This document shows positions 26,698 to 39,377 of a stretch of DNA of 64,000 nucleotides, in pieces (position 1 is the first letter of the stretch; every line of letters begins with the position of its first letter). The translations under genes were made by a program, and so were the position numbers. Under the pieces are notes generated by a model that was not told the origin of the DNA, made no database searches, and saw nothing but the letters and a program-made list of their open reading frames with translations. This DNA is from Eledone cirrhosa (lineage: Eukaryota). The stretch covers positions 78,864,001 to 78,928,000 of the forward strand of contig OZ024747.1 in assembly GCA_964016885.1 (NCBI GenBank), given 5' to 3'.

Positions 26698-28293
26698 AAA
26701 GTACATGCAAACAGTTTTTATAATTGTTAGATCAAATATGAGAGATATCTCATATATGTTTTTGTTACTTTGTTAATGTTTGTGTTTAAGTTATTGGAGC
26801 TGGTTAGTCTATTTATTAAACCAGATCTTATTTGAAAAGTTGCATTTAGTTGAATTTATTCTTAGTTTGGGTAAACTTATGGTCACTTTTGCAGAAACAT
26901 GCTATTTGACCAAACTTTCTGCTCTGGATTTATGATACAAAACTATTTTCTTTCTATCATAATTTTCATTTTAGATAATCAGTTGTAGCTTCATCTTTAT
27001 ATATCCAATCAATGTTGAGTTCTCATCTAAGAGAATCTTAAATAATTGCTTGCTGTATATGTTTGTGTGTTTAAGTACACCAAACATACACTGAAGGACT
27101 CATACAATCAGCATTGAGGCTTTTTAGTGTATTTAAGTATACAAACTTATAAAACAGTTCTTATATCAGTAGTGGACAACATAACCTGGTATTTGGTTAT
27201 GTCCTTTTACACCCCAAGTTCAATTCCCAGTTCCTACAACCCATGTTGATAAAATAAGTAGCAGGAAAAGTATTTGGGATTACATAATCAACTAAAAGTT
27301 TAAAGTGCCTCAACCTGGCAACAGTCCAATAAATGAAATTAGCAAAAGAATAAAAGAAAATTGCTTGTTAAAAGATTCCTAAGTAGTTTAGCGGTTGTGA
27401 AATTATATTTATAGAAAAAGGCGTGGAAATGTTGCACTAAAAAAAAATATTTAGAAAAGTGCAGGTGACAAAATAAAATTTGGTATGTTTTGGGATAGCA
27501 GAAGACACAGGCAGTGGAATTAGATGACATGGATGAGAGAAAACCAATAACATTTATCAACAGGATAGGAGGGAATTAAGTGACTTCTAGTAAAATAATT
27601 GGAATATAAACATATGAAGGGGAAAAAGAAACAAACGTATACTGATCTAGCAATATAAGTCGTCATATCGACCTAATCTGTATTTTCTTTTAAAGAGAGA
27701 GAGAAAAAAATATATGTATATAAATAGGATAGCTATCATTCATACATAAAACTTGACAAATAAGTGCGCACGCAAGCATTCATTGGTGATCACTTTACGT
27801 CAGCGATCAAACAATAGTCTTATTCAAGTAACTGACCCCAGCATACAAAAGAAAAGGTTAAATGCATCAAATTATTTAGAAGAGAGGTGGATGGGGTGGG
27901 GTAGCAGTCAATTTCTTTTTGCTTCGGAAAGTAATCTCAACCAGCATTTAACTTGGAATTGCTTCTACATACACATTAATACACACACACACACATATAC
28001 ATACACAGCTCACTGGTGCGGTGTGCACACGTTTGTGTGAGCAAGCATGGGAAAACAGCTGTTAATCCGATGATGTATAAAAGTAATATATATATAGAGA
28101 GAGATTATATGATGCTGTGTTTAGTGTTCAAATCATGCTGCAGTTTGCTTTGACTGTCGTCCTTTTCAGACTTGATAAACCTTAAGAACTAATGATACAA
28201 AACTGATGTACTGAATGCTTGTAAAAGTAATAATTAATGTTTTCAGAAGAAATACATACAAAAAAAAAGTTTAGGCACAAATTGTTTCATATG

Positions 28294-28346
28294 ACAGGAA
28301 AAATGGGATGTTGTAACATTCATGACTTTCGCAGGGACATTAGCAA
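28294..28346 (-). promoter_or_regulatory. Distal intronic complementary sequence (ECS-like) to the microexon and its downstream intron start
   Basis: Plus strand acaggaaaaatggga-t-gttgtaacattcatgactttcgcagggacattagcaa matches the minus-strand transcript acagggaaatgaga[gcgatatggtaa]gttgtgacattcatgctttccccaaggacattagcga (28982-29044). Confidence 0.65.
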
Positions 28347-28727
28347 CATGGCATACATATAATCTACACAGATTAAACAAAATTGGAGCTATAACTAATA
28401 AAAATTACATTCATGTTTTGTTGTGGCTGGGGGAGTCGTTGAAATAGCATTAATTACGCAAGGGGTATGATATAGAAACCCTTAATTTTTGTTTCACGTC
28501 TCATCCCTAACTCAAAGCCCTTGCTACACCCAATAACAAAATAAAATAAATTGCATTGTTAACTCTTAAACATCTCCCAGAAAGTTTGTGTAAGTTCCAC
28601 AAACATACACCGGCTCATCTGTGAATCACTGCATCAGTTGCTCTCTGTAGGAAGGGACTGACCAAGAGAGTAGTGAAATAGACAGCTTTTTGCATCAACT
28701 GGCTATCATCATTGGTATGGATAGGTG

Positions 28728-28754
28728 GAGAGTTTATAAATTGTGACACTCACG
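28728..28754 (-). promoter_or_regulatory. Proximal intronic complementary sequence covering the microexon 5' splice site
   Basis: 28736-28754 (ataaattgtgacactcacg) against transcript gtaagttgtgacattcatg (29004-29022) gives 19/19 pairs, four of them G.U in the minus-strand RNA. A further gagag match (28728-28732) pairs with the exon. Confidence 0.55.
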
Positions 28755-29022
28755 TGTCTTACTGGAGATACCCGGTGATGAAAGTAAAGTGATTTACAAG
28801 TCATATACCATATTCATTTACATCGTAAGACAAACATCCCAAATTCCACTTTCCCACCTGCCCTCCCAATTCTGAGGTTACATACCTATTAAAGAAACAT
28901 TTATAATGCAGTAGCAATATGTTCTTAGTAAACTAAATATGAGGAGTGGTTTCATTAGAGAGCGGACTCGCTTCACGTACTTCGCTAATGTCCTTGGGGA
29001 AAGCATGAATGTCACAACTTAC

Positions 29023-29046
29023 CATATCGCTCTCATTTCCCTGTGG
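29023..29046 (-). CDS. Candidate 24-nt microexon CCACAGGGAAATGAGAGCGATATG (HREMRAI[W] in phase 2, or PQGNESDM in phase 0)
   Basis: Acceptor atttcttgtattttag| and near-consensus donor ATG|gtaagt; frame-preserving length. A possible in-frame second acceptor (CAG, 6 nt inside) would give 18 nt. The flanks are non-repetitive, with CT-rich tracts upstream and two complementary intronic partners downstream. Confidence 0.6.
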
Positions 29047-30497
29047 CTAAAATACAAGAAATATTATCCACTGATCGGATAAGGAAAAGCTTTAAAGCAG
29101 AGAAAACTTACGTATGTATCAGTATATGAGAGGAGTGGGTGCGAACGAAAGGTGTGTTTGTTTAAAGACGACGGTGTAGGGGGTAGGAAAGAACAGCAGA
29201 AAGAAAGAGAAAAGAAGACAGAGAGAGAGGGTGGTAGAGAGAAAGAGAGAGGCAATATAAACAAGCACTAGACGGAGAGTGTGAAGAGGGAAACAGAAAA
29301 AAAGATAGATATGGAAGTGGCAGCGGGAGAGAGATTTGTCTCTAGTTCTATAAATAGGCGAGTGACCTAACCTAGATATTAACTCCCCACCACTTATCTC
29401 TCCCAACTCTTTTACCTTCTACTACTGCCGCCAACTTAAACACAGTGGTAGCATATGTACACAGTTGTAATGGTATGTTGCAAACACGGTGTGCTTGCAG
29501 GTGATTTAGGTTTCTTCCAGTAGAGAACTGCTGCCATCTCAACACTCAGCATAATCACTAAAACCACAGCCTATCCTCCCCCCTCTAATATACACAAGCA
29601 TTTATAATTTATATATAGGTGAAGTTAAAAATATACATACGTGCCCTTTGTGTTTTATTTATTTATTTGTACTTAGAACATTGTGCGTTGTAACTATACT
29701 CAAATACGTATGCGTACATTAGTACTTAGTATTTCTTCTAGGTGTAAAATAGAAAACTTTTCCTGCGATTGAAATTCATTCATGAATTATTAGAAACTTT
29801 GCAAGCGATAAAACAAAAGAAAACATATAAGCAAAAGTTACGAATAGAAGCAAAAATAATCGCCATAAAATACTAATTCATATTCTATAAACTCAACAGT
29901 ACGTGTATATATATATATATATCTCAAACAAACAAAATTAGAAATAATTCATGAGTTAATTAAGAATATTGACCTATATCAGTGGCTGTGGGTGTGTTAA
30001 TAATTAGTTCAAATATATTAAATATGCACATATAACCCATTTTTAAAAGCTTGCTAATGGTGGTGGTGTTATTTTGTTTAATATCATTTTCTCATATGTT
30101 ATGTAATTGCAATAAGAAACACCAGAGGAAGAACCAAGTAGAGGGAGATAAGGAGGGTGGCAAGAGAGGAACAGAATTGTTTACATTTCTCTAATCATTC
30201 ATTCATCAACAAGAATAACACTCGGCTAACTTCGCTTTTCTCTTAACTTACATAAATGAACAAACACACCTCTTTTTCCATATAAATAAACAAAAACATT
30301 TTTTTTTTTTAAATCAAGTTCTCACGTCTGCTATTTATAACCTAGCCTAACTCTGGGGTTGGTTTATCATGTACTGCCGTCATCCTTTCATTACCATTAC
30401 CATATTTCTAATGAAATACACTGTATTTCAATTATTTAATGAAGATATTGGAAGGATTTACTAAAGTTATTTCATTATTAAGTAATTGGGGGTTGGT

Positions 30498-30658
30498 TTG
30501 GTAGAGCGTCAGACACCATGCTTTGCAGCATAGTTACGTCCCTTTACGTTCTGAGTTCAAAGCCCGTCGAGGTTAACTTTGCCTTTCATCCTTACGGGGT
30601 CGATAAAATAAAGTACCAGTAATTGCTGGCCTTGTGTCAAAAATAGAAACAATTATTA
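30498..30658 (+). mobile_element. tRNA-derived SINE S1
   Basis: B box, S1 core and tail are present. Confidence 0.82.
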
Positions 30659-30923
30659 AGTAATCATAACGAATGCTTCTAACGTAAAATTATGTTGGAA
30701 GATATTAATTTAAAAAGGGAACCTTTTAAAATGGGTTGTTTTGTTTTATAGAAATAAAGGCGAAGATTGAATGCATTGCTTAGCTAAGGAGTGTTGATAA
30801 AACAAAATAAATATTAAATTAAACTTGTCCGAAGCAAATTAAACAATTTTCTTCTACATTGCCTAATAAGAATTAAAATAAACAGTTTCGATTTTCAATA
30901 GTGGGGAAATGGAGTTTTACACA

Positions 30924-31317
30924 AATAATTATTTCTAATTTAGACACAAGGTTAACAACTTGGGGAGGGAGGGGAGGATTACATGCACTCCAGTACGTAA
31001 TTGGTACTTTATTTTACTGACTCCGAAAAAATGAAAGGCAAAGTTGATCTCGGAGGGATTTGAACTCAGACCGTAAAGAGGCGTAACTAAGCTGCAAAGC
31101 ATGGGGTCCTATCCTCTACCGATACTGCCATAGGTAATTGTTTCTACTTTTGACACAAGGCCAGCAATTAACCAGTACATTACTGGTACTTTATTTTATC
31201 AACCCCATAAGGATGAAAGACAAAGTTAACCTCGGCAGGATTTGAACTCAGATCATAAAGGGCCATCACTATGCTGCAAAGCATGGCGTCCGACTCTCTA
31301 CCAATACTGCCAATCCA
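30924..31317 (-). mobile_element. Two head-to-tail S1 SINE copies
   Basis: Two reverse-oriented S1 units at about 30924-31131 and 31134-31317. Confidence 0.82.
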
Positions 31318-31858
31318 TAATGTCAGTAAATCCCTCAAATCTTTTCATTAATGTATTGAAATAGAATATATTCCATTAGAAATATGGTAACAAAAAGGCT
31401 AAACATTGAAATATAAGTAATTCACTAAAATTCTCAGCCTCAATAAGACTCCTTTTTTGTCATAGAATAAAGCATGAACAACAATAATCTATCACTGATA
31501 AGAAGAAATTAAAATATGACTTAATCATTGAGCTAATATAACAGTTAATATTTCAAATTCTGAAAGAGATATACCAAGTCATAAACCTAGAGACCTAGTA
31601 GGTAGGTTTGTGTCTGAAATTAATCATTGTTGCTGAATTGATTTCCTCCAATAACTCCTACTGAAAGGGTGCTCCCATAGGTTTGGTCACATGCTCTGCT
31701 TCCCACAAGATGAGCTTATCTAAGGTGCAGTCATACCAGACTCTGTTGGGATGGTGTAAACATCATGGCAGACAGTTGAAAACATGGAGTGGTACAATTA
31801 AGATCCTGAATAATTATCTGGTTCTCATTAATATCTGCTACCCACAATTGTGAAGTGA

Positions 31859-32023
31859 AGGCGCATGGCTTAGTGGTTAGAGCATTGGGCTTGCAATCGA
31901 AAGATTGTGAATTCAATTCTCGGACCGGGTAATGTGTTGTTTCCTTAAGCAAGACACTTTATTTCACGTTGCTCCAATTTACTCAGCTGTAGAAATGAGA
32001 TGATAGGACTGGGGTCCCTATCA
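31859..32023 (+). mobile_element. tRNA-derived SINE S2, 5' half
   Basis: A box tggcttagtggttagagc, B-box-like gaattcaattct, and CORE-like ccttaagcaagacactttatttcacgttgctcc..ctcagctgtagaaatgag. Confidence 0.8.
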
Positions 32024-34734
32024 TTAAATTACTCAAGACACCTCCAACGAGATATACCTTGGAGGAGGCCAACATAGGTGTGAGCTGACACCCACCATTG
32101 GAATCATGACTGACTGACAATGTCTCAGACATCTGTGATCGCTGTGAATGAGCAGCCTCAGTTCATGATGTTGCAGATGTATAAAGCTGACTAGGCTGAA
32201 CTTAGAGGCCCCCACAGGGACTAAGGGCCCATCAATTATTTTTACTGTAGTGAGGTGAAAGAATGAAGTACTAGAGAGTGGGGAAAAGACTTGAAATACT
32301 TGAAAGTCTAGGGGGTCTGTCCATGGCTTAATTCAACCCAGTAGCTGGAGCCATCTCAACCCATCCTGGGTGAATGCTGACAAGAGAGATTTAATCAATA
32401 AATCACTGATGAGGCTAATTTCTCAGAGATGCCATGAAAAACAATAGTCAATAAGTTAACATATTTCATGTCGAGAGAGCCTTAAAAATCTAATTAGAAA
32501 TAATTATGTGGTGACAAAAAAAAAAGACATTAGCTCAATGACTAATATTAAAATAATCATTTCAGAAAATGTGAGACAATTCTGAACATGATTTGGTTTT
32601 ATTAGACTTTCTCAGTGAAGCATAAACTTCATTCATGTGTACAATAATAAAGTTAGTGTTAACATATTTAATATAGATACTGTCTTGTGGCACAACTATT
32701 AATGTAACATTTGGATATCTAAGTTGCTTTTAATAATGATTTCTCTATTTTTATATAGCATTGGTGATCTACATGTAAAGTTGTTGGTCCTTGGAAGGCA
32801 TCAAATTGTAGAAAACCTGCCAAACAAAAAGTTGAAAGGGCCTTCAGCTTTGTCAAAGACATGACAACCTCCATTGTGCTGGTGCTACAATAAAATGCAC
32901 TTGGTAAAGCATGGGATCATGCTTTACCGAGAAAATCACCCTGTGTCTTCTAAAGGTTAATTTGGGTTACTGGTTGGTAGAGTTCTAGTGCTGCAGTGAC
33001 CTTTAAATTAAACCCCAAACATCTCTCCACAAATGTAAACAAGGTGGGGATTGTTTCTACACCAACAATGGCAACTCTTTTCTAAAAACAAAAAGCTACA
33101 ATCTTTATAAATTTTATAATGAATAAAATAAATTTATTTTCACTTTCTTTCATTTTAAAAATGTATTAAATACTTCAACAAAAAACGCAACATAGAGAAT
33201 AAAGTAAATTTATTTTCACGCTTTTAAAATATACTAAAATATTACAACTAGAATTACGAAGTATGACATTCGTAGTTTAAACCCATTTATTTATTTATTT
33301 GATGCCTGCCCAAATTGTGGTGCATCTTATAAGCTGACAAATATGTTAAGTACACACAAGTTGCTTTAGTGATTTCTGTTTATATATTATATAAAATCTA
33401 TTTTTCATATTAGCATGTGAAGTGCTTCCTTCTTTGGGTCCTCAACACCTAATGGAGTCATCAGGACACTCATCATCACATGGTGTGTCTTAGGTATTTT
33501 TTAAACCTAGCAGAGCCCATCTTTCTCCAGGTCTGAACACAGGCAGAAAGAAAAATAAACCCTAGTCTTAGACTGTTTTCTTTATTGATATTTGAAAGAT
33601 GAAATGTAAGAATGATAACCTTAGAGGCAGCAGAACTCCATGTGTAGAGAGCCAGAACAAATACTATGAGGCATTCTATCAGACATTTCTATCAACTTTA
33701 ATAACTTACCACCTAATGTGAAACATGTCAAGTAAGGCTTTGCCACTCTTAATAGTATCTGAATGCAAGAAACACAAGGCACTGAAATAAATTACAGTGA
33801 AATATCCAGTCTGGTTGTCTATCCTCTCTGCCAAATTTACTGATTGCTCTGTCCATAATAATACCAACAGTTTCAACACCAGAAAAATAATAACTTTTCA
33901 AAAGGATTCTTTCCTTTTTATTTATTTATTCTTACATTTGGTAATAATAGTTGTATGCAATGAAAACAAATTATATAGCATCAAAAAGAGAAGAAAAATA
34001 CTGAAGTATTTACCACTCTAAATATAAATGGTAATACTATGTACACAAGGAAAACAGAAAAGAAAAAGTTCTTTACATGTATTTCCTTTATCATTGACAA
34101 AAGAGAGAGAGAAAAACCAAGAAGATTTAACATAATGGAAAAGTCAATATCTATTTTTAAATAATTCAGTTGACTGGATCTATAAAGAGAAAGTAGGAAA
34201 AATGTATTCTAATTTAAGAAATTCATGAACAAAATGAGCTATTTAAAAAAATGACAGGAATAAGTAAAAGCTTCTGTGAATTAGTGAATATAATATTCAT
34301 TGTAAAGCATTTCAGTTAGAATCAATAGAAGAGAGTATTTACAGAAAACTACAAATGTCTTGGGCAGTAAATCTAACAAAATAAATTTGTGCCAGCAAAA
34401 TAAACTGTTACATAAATAAAGTGAAATTGTACATTTCCCTTTGACAACATTAATATCTTATTCTAAGAAATGCAATGAAATTACCAAGGAAAAATTCAAA
34501 AGTAATATGTCAGTAACAAATTGGAAATTATGTTGTCTAAAAAAATGTTGACAAAACATTCCCCAAAATTGGAATTGTGTGTGATTGAAATTAGTGTTAA
34601 CAGATAAATCAATAACTTTTTTCAGTGACTAGACAAAGATTAAACAGTAGTGCTGAACAATTGAAATTGCAGTTTAAATAGAAAATAGAACTGAAAAGAA
34701 TAGGTAACAATAATAATATATATATTTTTTTACT

Positions 34735-35190
34735 CAGCATATCTGGATGCAGAGAGTGCAGATGTCCTTCACGGGATCTCTGAGACTAGAGAGATCGATG
34801 CTGTTGATGTTCTGTTTAAATTGTTGCAGGTCCACTCCTTTGGGAAAGATATTAACAGGGAAGGGGTTTCAAATCACTCGTGTTCTGGGTAGGAAGGACT
34901 AGTCATAGTGGTTAGGGTTAGGAACTTGGACACAACTTGGGTGATGAAAGGAGGACAGATGAGTGAGTTAAGAGTGGTGGCGTGGAGATGGCTTGAGCCC
35001 AGCCAGCTCCAAGGTGAGGAGACCATTGTAGGGAGAGTAGAAGTAATAGTAGTAAACATGTCTGTGGACCAGAGAGTAACTTTAAATTATTAGTTGGGAG
35101 GCTTCTTTCTGGATGTAGTATACAACACCAGAGTGAGCCACAGCAGCTCTGCTCCAGATGTAGGAGCAGTACTCCATTGCGAGTCTCACC
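34735..35190 (-). mobile_element. CR1/Jockey-group LINE 3' end, degenerate
   Basis: The minus strand gives MEYCSYIWSRAA...YYIQKEA and later SFLPRT..PVNIFPKGVDLQQFKQNIN. This is the typical post-RT MEYCSxxW ... SFxPRT ... F pattern. Confidence 0.75.
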
Positions 35191-35550
35191 TCAGCTATAT
35201 TTTGCTGATAGCTGCCTTACTAATTTCTTTTAGTTACTTCCAGTTGGAATCCAGTTTTAGAGATCTCATTCACATTGTAATTACAAAAACATTGTAAAAG
35301 AGGAAGATAAAAGGACAAGGAATGAGAGAGAGATGAGATAAACTCACCTTTAAAATAAAGAAAATGTCTGAGAAGAAAAGCAGAGACCAGACATATCCGT
35401 TCATGTTTCAGATAATTTGGAAATAAAATCAAGAATTTGAAAAGGCTTAGTCACATAACTAACCTTTACATTTTAAACTTGCTTTAAATCTAAATTAACA
35501 AAATGTACTTGTATAAAATATTTGAAAAAAATAAATTTAAATGTCTTTGC

Positions 35551-35771
35551 TTTAAACTTTTAACATCCTGTAACAATTTAGCAGAAAATATCTGAAAATG
35601 GATTTGTTTAATTCAAACGTTTCTAGTACCTTTACTAGTAGATGAATTGTTGTAAACATTTGCAGTAAACTAAAGCAAAGAATTTAACTTTTAATGTCAT
35701 GGTACCGTTTTGTACTTTTCCAGAATGTCTTGCTAATGTGATTTCATAGGGTTCAGGATGTTAAAAGTTAA
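35551..35771. mobile_element. MITE family P3
   Basis: cttttaacatcctg ... caggatgttaaaagttaa terminal inverted repeats. Confidence 0.7.
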
Positions 35772-37181
35772 ATAGAAATATTTTGTATTGTAAAACCAGA
35801 GACGGTTTCAGGCAAGTTGATAAGAATAGGGTTAAACAGTGCAGAAGTAAACTATAATATCCTAGGGTAGCTTCAACTACATAAACTAATGAGACAGCTT
35901 CTACATTAACCACATGAACATGTGGAAAAAGAGAAATTACAATCCCTACAAATTAAATTACCTGTCACTGAACTAAGTTTAACACAAAGGGGATAGCAAT
36001 GTCTAAGAAGTTAATGAAACAAAATACCTTCCAGTAATTGTTCTGATTTTCTGCACTCTGGGTTTAACTTAATTTTTCATCTTTTCGAGGTCAGTGAAAT
36101 AAACACCAATCCAAGATAAGTGGATTGGGAGAATTGTTAGAGAATCAGATGACATGCCTTGTGGTTTTTATTCTGGCTCTTTACATTCTGAGTTCAAATT
36201 CCACTATGGTGTATCATTAAGATATCAATGAAATAACTGAAGAAATAAATCATTTATGATGGTTGTCATAATTTTAATGAAAGACTATCATTTTTCAAAA
36301 TAAGCAGGGATTTGGAGGTATTTCTTACTATAACTAATTTTCTCGTTATTAAACATGTATTGAAACATAACTTAAAGGTTCTCACATAAAATTATGATGG
36401 AAGGTTTTTATATAAATATAAATAATTTACAACAAATAGTTTTATATAATAAAAACGGGGATGATTTTATGTGGTTTGGTATCAGTAGGGTTAAATTTTG
36501 CATTCGTAAAACATTAGCTATCTGTGGGTATATATCGGAGCCTAATAAGTTACAAGGGAAAACAAAAGATCAAATAATTAGAAAATTAGAAAGCAAGAAC
36601 GGGGAGCAAAGGGTAGCAATAATGTTTCTTCTCCCCAGCTATTTTTATGTTAATTTCTTCCCATGTCTGAGTCTTTATCATATTAAATCTCTTGCTTCTA
36701 TGTCAATATTATTTAATAAACAAGCATTAAATCATCGTAAAATACACATGTATATACACAGACACAAATATGTATTTTAAATATAATATATATATATACA
36801 AACACACACATGGTTGTGAGTGTGTGTGTGTATCTATATGAGTGTATATATGTGTATGTGTATATATAAACACATATATATATGTGTGTGTGTGTGTATT
36901 ATAAAAACACACACACATACATATATGTGTGCATTTCATTGCAATAATCAATAACCCAATCTCACTTGATTACTATTAATTAGACTTCCTTGATAATTAC
37001 AGTACAACACTGGCTGATAAACCGAAAAATCAATCAATTAATTAGCCTATTTCTTCTTTGTTTATCTCACCAGTTTGTTTATATTTACACCAACTTTTAT
37101 ATCAGATTTTAATCTGGTATGGTGCCATGATATTACTTGCGCTTCAACTATGCAGTTGCAGTTGTAGTCCGCTTTCATACC

Positions 37182-38372
<1,191 letters not shown>

Positions 38373-39287
38373 TTTTTTTTCCAATGGACAGTGTTATCTC
38401 AACAAACAACTGGTAGGATGTATTTTTATTGTTAGACTACATATGATTTTTTCCATTTAAAAAAAGCATATGAAGGCATACATGCCCATGCATGTATCTG
38501 TGCTGAGAACTCGTTATATCAGCTGCATGTGCTATCAAAGTAATAATAAAACCTCACCCACCAGGCAGGATTTTGTTGATAAGAAACTTTGAGATAAAGG
38601 TTCATAAAAATAAATACAGATTCCAGAATCAGCCATGATAATACATTATAATAATGCAAATTATAAATTTACTCATGCACTGCAAAATCCTAAATTTATA
38701 ACACATCCTGGTTTGCCGTATTTATTTATTACCATTATTGTCAAATTTGTATTATCATTTTCACGCCCACTCACCCATGTTTGGTAAGAGACGAATGAGA
38801 TATTTTGAGACAATGTTTTACAATGTTTCAAAGAGCAGCTTACTAAAGAAAATGTTAGTTATTTTATTTGATTTCTCCAAATTGTTTATTATTTTCAAAT
38901 GTATTTGAAACGTATGTAAGCAGTGTATCGCACTTGATAGGGTTAAAATTAGAGATTTTGAATCATTAGAACAAAGATGGTCTCAGACAGTTTGGAATCA
39001 AAAGGGTTCATATATACATGGTATCTAATAATATATGGAGTTGAAACTGATAAAAACAATTTTTTTAACAAAAAAAAAGAGATCAAATTAACAGACTAGG
39101 AGAAATGTCCAACAGTATAGATAATAATTAAAAAATGAGTTGAAAGAAAAGGACAACTTCATTTCTTTGTATGTGTGAGTGTGAGTGTGTGTGTGTGATG
39201 AATGAACATGAGTGGGGAGATGATCTACCTCCAACCCATGCAAGCATTGTAAAACGGACATAAAAACGATGATGAAATATATATATA

Positions 39288-39377
39288 ATACATACATACA
39301 TACATACATACATACATACATACATACATACATACATACATACATACATACATACATACATACATACATACATACAT
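39288..39377. repeat. (TACA)n tetranucleotide repeat
   Basis: Read directly from the sequence. Confidence 0.95.

Noticed and set aside
29023-29046. Resemblance of REMRAIW to the Cav2 channel segment KEMMAIW
   Set aside because: The match is too short and the neighbouring exons do not match calcium-channel sequence, so no gene symbol was assigned.
31737-31805. 69-nt exon candidate DLNCTTPCFQLSAMMFTPSQQSL
   Set aside because: The acceptor is purine-rich with upstream AGs.
36394-36780. 128-aa plus-strand ORF
   Set aside because: It begins inside a P2 MITE, is AT-rich, and has no domain or splice support.
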